Assembly: GCA_010093745.1 (NCBI GenBank)
Contig: MU005966.1
Span: forward strand, 131,628-195,627
DNA length: 64,000 nt
Direction of reading: 5' to 3'
Source of the DNA: Piedraia hortae CBS 480.64
Lineage: Eukaryota
The notes beneath the pieces were generated by a model that was given only the letters and a program-made list of their open reading frames with translations, did no database searches and had not been told where the DNA came from. The position numbers were made by a program, and so were the translations under genes. Below are positions 25,430 to 37,744 of this stretch, piece after piece; positions within the stretch are counted from its first letter, which is position 1; every line of letters begins with the position of its first letter.

Positions 25430-28400
25430 CACTGCCAATCCCACGACAGTGATAACCACTAATGCGAGGGTTCTGATCATTGATCAGTGACTATCAGGAT
25501 GCCGATCAGGAACTATCACCGTGACGATCATAATTGCGGTAAAAATCTCTTTCCTGATGGTCAATGATGGTCATAGCAAGCATCAGTGCTTTTTACCTTG
25601 CTTATCAGTGATAGACATCATTCTACCCACCTTTAGATTTACCGGTCTTACCGACAATCACTGATGGTCACGGTAAGTATCAGTGTACGTTACCATGTTC
25701 TTCAGCAACACCAACCCTTCTTGATATTATGTCGATTCCGGCAAAAATTGGTACATCTCCGGTCCTTTGTCCATTGCGACTCTAGTAACTAAACCTGTGC
25801 AACGCATCATTGTCTCGTCGCCTAGCGATGGAATCTGAGCATATGGTTATTGACAATCCACCGACTCGATGAGACCACTTCTCGCTCGAATCTGTAGGCG
25901 TTTTCTGTCCAGTTTTGTGGCAGCCGGAGTTTCATTAATGCTCCACATTTACTGTCTGAGAAAGAGTGGAGCATGCCACAGCAGTTCGGTCTCTGCTCAG
26001 TACTAATAGCCTGAACCCTTTCACGGTTAACCACGTTCCGCTCCGGGTTCGCGACTGTGCAGTTCGAAGCCTCCGCAGCAATGCCAAGATCTTGCTTCCG
26101 TTCCCCTGCCGTAAGAGATGCTCAACCCTGTAAGCATCGCCATCGTTATGACACTCGACGAAAGAGCCAGAATTGCAAGCCACAGGGCCATGGAGATGCG
26201 AGTAAATTTGGTATGAGCCATGTGGCCATTCAAGGCCGTATCTGTCGCGCAATTCATCGTGAAGACTCCGGCCGACCGATTTGGGGTATGATAACGTTTG
26301 ACTTTGCGGGGCCCTTTCGACTGGAAGTCCTAATTGCTCCCGCTTTCTGTGCTCCTGGTAGATCTCCAAGACCTTGCTACCATCGTTGGTCATGTAAGTC
26401 CGAACGCGCCGCCAGCCTCCTTCCGCAACATGCCATATGCCTTCATCAAGAGGAAATCAGTTGGCCACATCACGAGATGTAGAATGCATGCTCGTGTGTC
26501 TGACAATTGCAGGGACATTCTTGTTGCCGCTTTCTGGTCTTTGGGCAGAAGCTCCAATGACTGGGCCATACAGCCGTGCAAGAAGTGGGATATGGAAAAG
26601 GACATAACGTTTGTTCTTGTTGGAGATAATCTGGAATCCAAAGATGGTTACCAAGCCCTTCAAAAGCTCCCTGGCCGCACTAATCACCTTTTCAGACCAG
26701 TCACCCAAGTGTGAAATAGGGTCATATATGAGGTTGGAAAGCTCTGAGAGCGAGCACCATAGCTCGACCAGCGATTGGTTCCAACCTGACAGCCTCCCCT
26801 GTGAAGCATAGAAGGTTCCTAACGTGAAGGCCCATGTCTGCACAGCACACATGGAAATCTTTGCCAGTGGATGAACCACTCCAGCGATTGATTTTTTTTG
26901 GCGCTGGGAAAGCTCTCGAAGCCGTCTCGGTTCATCGCCTTGGCTCGCAGCGCAAGATTCCAAGAGTCCGGCTTAACATCTTCATGGTCCGTTGTCATTT
27001 CTCCAGATGTACTTGACGACACCGAGGAGGGAACAGTGCAAGGCTTCAAACGGGCAATCAAAATGTGTGTTGAAACTTTTGAGGATATATAGTGGTGAGA
27101 GAGGCTGACTGATACCTTGATCCCCTGACCGTGTCAGACGTCTTGTCTGTCGCAGTTCTCTCACGGCCCAGACATCCATCATGTGGGCAACAGATTGGAT
27201 CTGTGGGCGGAGAAGTAAACACACACGATAAGAGTAGTTGGAGATAAAAATGGTTGAGAAGGATAGAATGGGGTGAAGGTTGTTGGATTCAAGCATCGCC
27301 GCTAGCGCGTATGCAGGGCACTTGCATAGCAAGTCAGCGATACCTCCTACACTACCAGCTGCACCCTAGGTTTTTGCCTCACAGAGGTTTTCCCTCAGGG
27401 TCATGTCATATGTGACATGGTGAATACGCCCCGCTAGTGTACGACGTGACGTCACCGGCCCACCGGAACAGAATTTTCATTCTGAACGTCCCCTTATTGG
27501 AAATAGTCATTCACACTACCATACTGCAACTGGTATTTTGACTTACATACATCTACATCTTTCCTGTCCCTGATTCCGTCTATCGCTCCGCCCTTTTCGG
27601 GTCGCTGTGCACTCTCACCCACGAGAGCTAAATATCTACAAAGGTGTAGTTGCATGGGTGTATAGTAATGGTACTATAGAAGTAAATCAAGGTGTCATCA
27701 GTCAGGTGTCACGTGATACACCTCATTTAAAGCAGTTGCTCTTGAATCGGTGTGACCCGGATTTGGAAGCTGCAGGATTGTCCGCGACTATAACCCAAGG
27801 CCTCCATACACCATTCTCAACTCCCGTATTTCTGGGCTGAAGGCAAGTATGCCCTGCTGAGCACGGGAAATATCATCCTTAATCTCGTGAACCATGCTTT
27901 TGGCGTTCATTTTCGGGTCTGCCGCGACGAACTGGTGGGAAGACAAGTGATTGTTCGCCTGTGCTTGTTAAAACTGTTCACAATATGGAACTGAGGATAA
28001 CTCACTTGGCGTGATCTGCCAGCCGGCTTGAGTGTAAATAGCTCCAGAGAGTTCCACCTCTTTCCGCTTACCGCACTTATCCCATCGCTCCAGATATCAA
28101 AATTAACCTGTCATACAGGGAGGTTGAGGCGGTCGGAGAATGCTCTACCTGGATTCGGCCGCTCAAGGAAGTCTGAAAATTCCCTGTCGAAAGAGCCTTC
28201 ACCTTCGTCCTCTATAGCCCACTTTATACCTTCCCACACTGTTGATATTTGATCTTCAGCAAAGAGAGGAATGTTGTTTTCCTGAAGACCCGGCCCCCGT
28301 CACAATTCCGGATCAATAGGACATAACGGTCCGTTGCGGCTGTTGGAAGATGGTTGTTGCATAGCGTAATTGTTCTAAAGATCGAGTTCTTACAAAATTA

Positions 28401-30240
28401 TTCTATCTGATGTTCAGCAGCGAGGTTATATACAAGTAGCTTCTTTGTTAAAGCAATTTCAAGTATTACTCTATTGTCCCATTGTCCTCTTTATCATGCT
28501 CTTTGAGTATTTTGCTATGCAGAATTTTTCTTTGTACAGTCTTTGTTATCAGGCCGAGAATCGGCCAGTTTAATGCCACGAACAACCCGGTTGGTACTCC
28601 CCCTGTGTGTTACGGTGCTCAGAGGAAAAGGTTCAATAAGTCCCAACAACGAGGGCAATCCAGACTGCTATCTACTGGGAAGCGAGGATGTTATAAACCA
28701 ATCCAGAAGCGCCGTTCATTCGTGCGTGGTAGCGAGCGAATCTATGAATAACTAGCAGGGCGCGTCGGCGTATCAAATTCCCTGTGCGCTCAGGCGGCGC
28801 AGGTCGTCCCGCGCACACATAGCCTCGCCGTAACAGCGAGCAAATTCTCCTCTGACCGTCTGTTGCCGTATTACCAATTGTTCTCGTGGCTACACCGCGG
28901 CGAGCGGAGGGGTTGACGGACGAGTTGCTGATGCTGATGGACGGCTCGCTGGTGGCGGGGTCGCTGAGGGGCTGTTGGAACTCGAAGGCGAACAATCCTA
29001 CCTCTGGCTGGCTGCCACTGCCGTATTCTTAGTCGTATTTCTAGATGCAGCTGTTGGAGGGGTGAACCTCCGAGGACTAAAGGGGAGCGGATATCGACAA
29101 CAAAAGGTTTCACTCAACTTTGACTAAAAAGGTGAAATGTAGATGTCTACGTCTATATTAGGTGAGGTTCGAAACCTTCCCCACACTACCTCAGTCTAAC
29201 CGCATTCGCCAGGACAACGTGAGCGAACCATGCCCTTAAGCACGAACGATACCATGACCGGTCGCAGGGAAAACTTCCTCCAACTCAGGTAAAATCCCTG
29301 AGAAGCATCGACCTCTGTCTAAGCTCGCAGTTGCGACCTGGCTGTGTACTATATGGGAGGGCTTACCATCTCACAGAAACCACCCTTGGGGTATGTGTGC
29401 GACGTTAGCTTCAGTTATATAGGACTGATAATGTGCACTAGGCTGCGCTGGTTGCGAAGGGGGTGGTGAGTGCCCCGGGCCCAAAAGTATTGAAGGCTGT
29501 GGGTGATTCTAAGACCACACATCACTCGCGCTTTCGCGCTAAACTGGCTACCTTAAATAAGGCACCATTCTTCAAGATTGTGAAGCACCTAGCGGGTCCA
29601 CGGCGTGCTTGACGCCGGAGCGCATTACTCACATCGGCTGCAATTAGGGTAAGTGATCAAACGCCCTAATCTCAGAGTCCAATTTTTAACTCATAGCGAC
29701 AGCGGTGGAAAGCGGCCAGATTATTCATAACACCTACTGAGAAGGATTTCGAACAGTCCTTTGCCAGTTTTGAGGCCTTGCCGGCCGAGAGGAAGGCGGC
29801 CATCCTCAGCCGTGACGTGGAAAAGTATGGATGGAAAGACCTTGGTGATAGGCTCCGGCCTCCTTGACAATGACGAGGAGATTTTAGCCGATGAGTAGAG
29901 CATTTATAGAAAATGTGAAACATTTTGGAATAACACTACTTGCAGTGACTGTCGGAGTGATGGTTTGTGATAAGCGGAATGTGTGTCATATTATGCCAAC
30001 TGACGACCAGAGACCTGGCCGAACTCATCATTGATGGGAAGTTTTTCTATATATGGTGTTCATGATAACTGTCCTTGATGGTCATTAATATCGATCAGAA
30101 CAATATCATTGATAATAGTCACTGCTTATTCCTTGCACTTTTCTTCACTCAGCAGTGATCATCCTGATATTTCCTGTGCTAATGTTTTATGACCATCAGT
30201 GCCCTCATCAGAGGAAATCACTGACGCGGGACTGGCAGTG
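25430..30240 (-). mobile_element. Decayed CACTA (CMC/EnSpm)/Plavaka-like DNA transposon bounded by inverted repeats
   Basis: TA|CACTGCCAATCCCACGACAGTG at 25430 is inverted relative to CACTGACGCGGGACTGGCAGTG|TA ending at 30240, with ~260-300 bp of inverted homology rich in TGAT/ATCA sub-repeats. Minus-strand transposase remnants: 'VADNPAASKSGSH', 'HFDCPFEALHCSLLGVVKYIW', 'NKRYVLFHIP...LYGP...AQRPESGN...STSRDVA'. Confidence 0.7.
27281..27640 (-). mobile_element. Solo LTR family 1, copy B (inverted), inserted in the transposase relic
   Basis: Reverse complement of copies A/C/D; TGTTGG...CTACA on the + strand; perfect TSD AAGGT (27276-27280, 27641-27645). Confidence 0.88.
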
Positions 30241-30567
30241 TAGCTTCTCACATCGATAACGGAGAAACTGTGACGAGCTCATGTGTGGTTGTTGCTAAGT
30301 TGGTTTCACTAAAAATCCATCTTGACTCTGTGATGGGTTTATCACGTCAACAGTGAAGTAAGGATATCATGAGCTCATGTGCATCGTCGCAAAGTTGGTT
30401 TATCCCAACTCGAGTGCTACATGGAGTCGAATGCCTTGTTGGTCCAACAACGAGATTCTCGCCTTGCAAGAGTCGTCTGCGCAAGCTATGGTCACTGGCA
30501 CGATATACAAACTTGTTCACGCTCTGGAATACTCATCATTGTCAACTGCTCTGCTCTTTTCAGGATA

Positions 30568-31339
30568 ATGAAGACATCTCTGTTCATCCTCACATTGTCT
30601 GCTGCCAGCTTGACCTACCCCAATGCTATCAATTCGGAGCCTCCTATTCTTCTCTTTTCTTATAGAGGCGGATTCAACCTGACTGCAATCTGCACAAGTA
30701 TTTGCTACGGTATAAATGGCCTGGGGTTACCTACAGCTATGACATGGGACAGTCCAAACGATCAAGACAAACGAAGCAGAAAGGCGGGATGTGCCAATCC
30801 CAATCGCTGCAGTCATCAGAGGGGTGCTCCTCGCGGACTTCAATGTGACGAGTATCCGTTTGCTTCAACGGATACCAGCGATGTCACTAATCCCGTTAAC
30901 CGCTGCGTTCCGCAGTCCCCAAATAGTAATACGTCAAATTCGTTACCCGTCGACTCAGCTTTGCTGAATTGCGTCTCACAGAACAGGGCAACCTTCCCAG
31001 AAAATTTTACCATCCTAAAGGGATCTTCAAGGAAGATGGCTTGGATGGTCATCACCCTGGTAACCTGGTAAATTCAAGGTGGCTTTCTCTGAAGCGGATG
31101 GCATACCATATTGTGAAGCTGACCATAACTGCGACAATGGTGAGGTACGCCCTACCTTCTTGAAGCCAAACTGAAACTAGTACATCTATGTTAAGGGTGG
31201 CGATGACCTTGCCGTGGCTCACAACCACAATCGCCATGATTTAACAAACCAACGCGAGGACGTCCATATATACTATATCACCAAGAGTGGAAAGGAACTC
31301 TGGGTTCCTGACAGAGTTACGATAGAGTCTGCTTTTTAA
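30568..31339 (+). pseudogene. Secreted NucA/NucB-like (His-Me finger) deoxyribonuclease, frameshifted
   Basis: Signal peptide MKTSLFILTLSAAS; ICTSICYG, RKAGC..PNRC, QCDEYPFAST and RCVP...N.QG motifs. Probable introns at 30926-30981 and 31145-31180. An 8-bp duplication at 31056-31071 shifts the frame. Confidence 0.7.
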
Positions 31340-32175
31340 ACACCAAGGCAAATCGATGACGAAAATTTCGAATTTGATATAGATCACATCAGAGATCGCA
31401 GCAACAGAATCCGGAATGCTTAGGTGGGCGGTAGCTGGCAAGGATATGGAGGATTTTTGGAGGATCCTGAAAGGTGACAAACGTGGTTCTTCTTTGTTTG
31501 GACAGTCAGCCTCGGCTTCTGCCTTTGAGAGGCGCGGGTGGCTCTCGTCCTTAGTTGGGATTTCTCATCCATGGTTCTTTACGCATTATATTGATGTATC
31601 TTTGAATGCGCTGTGTCATCAGATACGGTGTACGTGGCTTTGCTCTTATATTCGCTACAATGTTATTTCGAAAACAAACCAACGGTCTCAGAATTTCCTG
31701 TTTGAATTTCCAGTCAAACATAACCAACGCTTATTCCCTCGAAAGAAGGGCACTTTTAATCAACTTTTGCCCTTGTGGCCTAGCTATTTTCCCCACGCGC
31801 TTCAATCTATGTTCCGGACAAAGTTCCCAATCTTGGTCCTAGTGGTATGTTAACCCCAACAATATCAAGTCGACCCTTTGAAACATTTGCGCATTATCTG
31901 GCCCGGGCAAGCCTCAGTGACCTCGACAAAGAAAAGAAATAGCCAATTGCAAAGAAGATAAAACCGATGGACTCGCAAGAGGATTCTCTTCGGTATACAT
32001 TTTTGTGCCATTAGTGCAAATGAACCAAGCTAATGTTTCATGTGATGTACCGTTATGGTAAGAGTATGTGGACTTGAAACCTTAGCCCCCGCCAAGCTGC
32101 AACGGGCCGGACCGGACCCCACATATGCGCCACCGTTTCTTGGCAACGGCATACTCATCAGAAGATTTAGCAAGC

Positions 32176-32870
32176 ATGCCTCCGAAACGCATGTCTACCT
32201 TCCATTGTCTCGCGAATCTAACAGAGCAAAGGTCGCATCACCCTACAATCCGACGCATCTGAAGCCGGAAGCGACGCATCCGCTTCGCCTCAGCCCGCGC
32301 CCGTGAAATGCTCGCGCAAGAGCATTGAATCGACAGCTGCTGCCGCTTCAAAGGGACATATTCTTGAGTCTTTGCTTGTCATGACACACAAGGACCCCGC
32401 CAACCACGCGCTCAGCCTTCAGACGCAGCTCCAGCAGCCTAGCAAGGACGGCCGCAGAAATGGTGAAGCAAAATAATGGACCGAGGAGAAGGTCAAGGAG
32501 CGTGCGCAAAACATCGCAGATGTCTGCTATAGAGAGATGAATCGGCAAATAAAGTGGCAGCCGAGTTGCAAGAATGAGACAACTAAATGGAGCTAAATGG
32601 GCATGGTTCCGCATGAAGACATTTTCTACGGGTTGTTCCGCCTCGACAAGCCGGAGAAGAAATAATGGAAGATGAAGAAACTCGACATGAATCACTTTGA
32701 GCAGTGCATCAAGCAGATTGATGCTGCGGTAAGTCTGAGTAATATGTGCGACAAAAGGGGTTGCTAATGCAGAACAGATTCGTTATGGTTCGCTGAGGAT
32801 CATATGCGATGGTGTGAAGCTCACTGTAATCCCGAGGAGAAGTCATTCAAGCTGACGGGCTCGTACGAAT
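32176..32870 (+). pseudogene. Disrupted conserved fungal hypothetical protein
   Basis: MPPKR start; 'WTEEKVKERAQNIAD...RQIKWQPSCK..TTKWS*'; intron 32729-32777 (GTAAGT...CTAAT...CAG); 'IRYGSL' and 'EEKSFKLTGSY'. In-frame stops and frameshifts. Confidence 0.5.
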
Positions 32871-35634
32871 TGATTGAACTGAATTACCGTTGTTGTATGC
32901 GTACTATAATGGTTTTCTTCGCTTTGCTGCATCTGTCATCTTTGAAAATAGTCCTCTCCACTGTCCATCTTCGCTATTCGCGCTCCTCTTATTCCATATA
33001 ACCAACTCTTTGACCAAACAACAGAGTTACCGTTAACGCACTATATGGTCATCACTGCGTGTCGGAAGGTAAGGTTTTTGGTCGCGCGGAGTATGACCAC
33101 TCGCATCCAAACCGCCGTCAAGAAGTGAGTTGGCGTAGGAGATTTGCAATGCGGCCAACGAAGCCACATGGAGCCATTTGAAATATGCAAGAGCGGTTCC
33201 GTACGGATCTTCGTAAACTATAAGGTAGGCGACGGCGCCTGCCCCAAGATTCAATGAACGAACCACCTATCCATACAGGCCAGTGAGATCAATCAATTCA
33301 TTTCTCGAAGCCACAGACGCTGGTGATGCAATGATAAACATCACAGACGTCCAGTATTGCCATATATTCTTCATTATTGCAAGCACTGTCCAGATCATGC
33401 CGGAATCTGCACTAATCCAGAGCTACCTCGGATCTATCAACTGAACTAACGGTCGAAAGATCCGATGTTCCAGCAAAAATATGACCCATGGAGACAACAC
33501 CAGCCTGCCAGCAGGACTCAATGGCGATAGATCATGATGTGCTTCATCCAACGAAGGAACAAGCAGGAAGTCTTGTAAATGAAACAGAATTGGAGTATGG
33601 TATTCGCGGAAAAGGTCATGTAATTTGCCGTCACTACGATAGCCTTGCGAAGAGCTGTACGCACATTTTGGGTTTCCATTTGAACAACATATTCCGGCGT
33701 ATGCTCGGTAGCGTCGCACGGAAAAGCACTGGCCTTGTCTATTGCATGTGCTTATGTTCTGTTCAGTAACATTGGAATCAGAACCACGCAACGGAGTTTT
33801 GAATTGAATTAGTCAGGACCGTGGTCGTGCAAAAGAGAGAAGGCAAGCACCACCATTAGCGAGCTAAGAACCCCGCCTGGCCTCTCATTTTTTACCACCC
33901 ACAACAGCTTCAGGGTCTGATACAGCGGGGTTCTAATCAGCACCGCTGGCGTGGCCCAAGCACCTCTCTGGAACCATACATACGGTAGACAAGAGAAAAA
34001 GAACCAACAATATCGTACATTTACTACATAATGTTTGTATCTACATACCTGGCCATGCGCCTGCATGATGTGGAGACAGGGGTTGCGAGAGTTTCATCCG
34101 ATTTTCCGGCTTTCACCGGGCCCGCCTGCGCAGTGGTGTGATTTGCTTGCCTGAGGTAGATGGAGCACCGGACTTCCCAGGGGTTCTACCTCACTGAGGA
34201 TGTTTCTTCCGGGGCTTGATTACGTCACAGGACGTCATCGCAGCGAATGCAGTTCGGGTCGTGCCGGAACGTGATGCCGTCTTGGCACACAAGTTTACCC
34301 CTCACCTCCTCTTTTCCATCGACACATGTTCACAGTTATCGACTGGTATCACACACCATGTTTAACGCACCACAATTTCACCGACATCGAAATGAGATGA
34401 GCAGATTTCTCTCCCTTCCGATAGTTATGAGCCCGGAGAGCTTCGCCTTCGACAAAAGTAGATAGAGGATATCGCCGAACCCAAGTGGAGCCTTGTAAAT
34501 ACAGTGGACGATCGATTGATCTTGAACTTTTCAGACCACCGATTTTGGTGTTTATGTGATGGGGTGAGTAACCACCAAAACCTGCACCTCAATGGAAATG
34601 AGAGCTCATCATCCTCCAGGTACTCACGACCTCTTGATATGCCAGCGCGCACCGGCTAGCCCTGACAGCCCGCTTAATGCTCTTGCTTATGTGACCAGCT
34701 CTGGGATACAGCGCCGTGGCAGGTTGGTACCTTGTTTATGAATGTGCTGAACCGTTGTTGGGTTTTCTGGAGTATCGGCGTAATCATTTACGGTAAATAT
34801 GCCAGGGCAGCGACCCAGGCGGGCGATAGGAAGGCCAGCCAGGCTGACAACTCTGGTCTTGGCCAATGGAGAAGATACCTCTGCCGACGCCCATCAAGTT
34901 GGTGCGCCCGCCGCGGCGACCCAATTTGGCACACCTGCCCCCGCCGAGACTACCCAAACGCCTAGCGCAACCTGGCTGACGAAGATGACCGGCCATTAAA
35001 CCTGGCAGAAACTCCTGGTGACCCATCACGAAGGTTTTCGGCCGGTGAGGGCGGTTCGGGCCTCAGGCTGAGATCGGCGACATAAGAACGCATCAACATT
35101 GGCGAGGGACACGGCGGCTAAATTTCTCTCAAGTTCTTAGTATCTGATACTTTGAGTCAAATAGATTCACACCTGATGTTCTATATAGTCACACACTGCA
35201 TGTCATCGTTTTCCATGTGACAAAGGTGCGACCAGGAGAAACGTTTGTTTCATAACAAATCAGGAATGGGACTTTTGGATTCCTTCTGAACAACCGGGAT
35301 GTGTCACACAACGGGTCCACCAGCGTCCCAAATCGAGTTTCCACCATCGATGCCGAATTTTCATTTGCTCTGGGACTCTGATATGTGGTCTCCCTATCAT
35401 ACGAAGATGCAAAACTATCCCGGCCCTTACGTGCGGTAGTGCCCTCTACGCCACGCAAGGAATCCTAGACGGCCTTTACTCAAGGGAAGGGCCATTTTGT
35501 TTGGCATCTTATCACTCCAAGGCATCAGGCTAATGATAGGGCCAGACGAAGAATACAGTACGAGAAATATAAAGTCATCCATCTAGATATGATGCGCCAG
35601 GCCCATGAGATGATCATTCGGGATTTGAGGGTTA

Positions 35635-35777
35635 TGTTGTGCAGGTCGCCGCGGAGCGATCTGCAGGTGATGACCCACATCCCTGAACAGGGTTCGAGTA
35701 CTCGGAAATTTTCTTGTGTAGCTCTAGATACGCGTATATACGGACACACCTATGAGGTGCCACTGCTTATAAGAACA
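35635..35777. mobile_element. 143-bp solo LTR-like element, family 2, copy 2
   Basis: TGTTGTG...AAGAACA with flanks GGTTA/GGATA (4/5 TSD match); direct repeat of 10631-10773. Confidence 0.8.
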
Positions 35778-36658
35778 GGATATGTGACGCTCGGAGATAT
35801 CTTAATGAATCGCGTCAAGCATGTTGAGAGGTATTGGAAGCAGGGAGAGGAGGAGATGTGAGAGATGGTGTTGTTGTTGAGTACGTAGATGACAGGACTC
35901 TAGAAGAGATGATGTTGTCGGTCACTTTAGCTCTGTTGAGACTGGCCACGAGTATACATCAACAAAAGTGTCATTGTCGTGCCGACAGTGCTAGCATCTT
36001 CCTCATGACATGACCTCATGTTGCGACCCTTGCCATTCTCGCTGTTTTCGTTGAAGCCGTTTTAGAATTTCGCAGTGACATGGACAAACACACAAGTGAA
36101 AAGGAGGGCATCAAGCAAAAATCCACAGTTGATTCGCATCGTCCGTTGCTTTATAAGGAGGTCCACGAGAATAAGGGAGGTGTGGTCAGGGTAAGAATCG
36201 AAGCTTCACTAAGACTTTCGCCTCTGTAAACGTTCTCATATCTGTCATGGCTGTTCTCGCAATGACGTGAACGGAAAAGTGAAGGTTTGGGGCGTGTGAC
36301 AAGCTAGCTACCCACATAACCCGTAACATCACATGACTTAAACCCTACTTGCCTTCAACGCTTGAAAGTTAGGGTTCACGAATAACTAGCGGAAAAGAGA
36401 AAGACAGAACCGAGATATAGTCAAATGTTCAGCTGTCTCCTTCATCAGGGAATAATGTCAATGATCAGAGGGCATGCAAACGTAGGATCCTGCGCAGGTG
36501 AACGTTAATTTGAACGTTTGCCAGATTCCTATACATCTTTTTAGGTGAATGCAATGACGGTGATAGGTCAGAGAATCGATCGTCGGTCTGCTTACTTGCC
36601 GGGGTAGGCGAAAAGGATTGCGCTACAGGACACTCCCACAGGGCTCATTATCTCCTCC

Positions 36659-37632
36659 TTAATGTCCTCCCGTCGTTGGCAACTGTCGCGAGAAGTCAGC
36701 AAGGCCTTCTTTCCACCACACAGGGAGTTTCTACTTACCCCGAGGTAAACCTTGAAAGAGTCATAGATCAGCCACTGGAAGGCGGTAAGAGTACCGATCA
36801 TGAAGATCCTCACAGGCAGGCCGTTCCAGAGACCCATGAAGCCGATATTGCCATAGATTCTTCTGGTGGCCTGCCAAGCACCTTCGCCGGCTTTGCGATC
36901 GCTGTTGAGTTTGCTGACGAGGACGTCTGCTGGGTGGGAGACGGTTGCGCAGCCGATGCCAGCGATGTAACCGCCGAGGAAGGAAACGCCCGTCTGTTGA
37001 AGGGAGTTGTAGCTTTCCTTGGGCTTACCGAGATAATGATAGATCATCTCGACAGCTTTCTCGAAAGATGCGAATTTGACCATGGTATAGGGAATTTGTC
37101 GGCCCCAGAGAGGGTACAGACCCTTGTAAAGACCCGCATAGCCTTCCGTGGAAACGACTTTGTGCCAGCCCTCTCTCAGTGTCCTCGAGTAGGCCGGGAT
37201 CTGAGTTTGCATGCGCACCTTGATGGCCTCGAAGGGGCAGAGAGCAATGTCGGCAAGGAATTCGGCAGATGCAGAAGCCCCGAGGTAGACAATCGTCTTT
37301 GGAACATTGGGGAAGAGCTTCTCGCCATAGTAGTACTTGAAGATTTCATAGAAGCCGTATTTGCCCGCACCTTGGAAGCTGTAGCCGATAAAGGTCGGAG
37401 ACCAGCCAGTGAATATTCCGCGGAAGCCTTCGGTGGCGGCAATCTTGCGCCAGGCCTGGACGTTGGACGTGTACAGCTTAGGGTCTACTTGACGACGACA
37501 TTTGACAAGGTCGAGTGGGGTGACGGAGGTGTGGGTGGGTCCGCACGCGATGATGCCGCCCAAGGTACATGCGCCGAAATACGTGCCTGAGAAGAGCTCG
37601 ATCTTACGCTCAGGTTTCAGCGTGCCGGCCAT
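36659..37632 (-). CDS. PIC2: Mitochondrial phosphate carrier (Pic2/Mir1 family, Pic2-like); exons 37632-36739 and 36682-36659
   Basis: [45 protein letters not shown] and [14 protein letters not shown]. Intron 36738-36683 gives the C-terminus LPTTGGH*. Confidence 0.9.
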
Positions 37633-37744
37633 GGTACGGAGGTTTCTTGCACTATAAACAACGGAAAGAAACAAAAAAGAGGCCGGGAAATGCGGCTGTG
37701 AAAGCAGGGATACATCAATGACATCATCATAAAGATATCGACTT

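Noticed and set aside
35822..35964. TGTTGA...TCAACA LTR-like segment
   Set aside because: Flanks show no target-site duplication and there is no second copy in the window.
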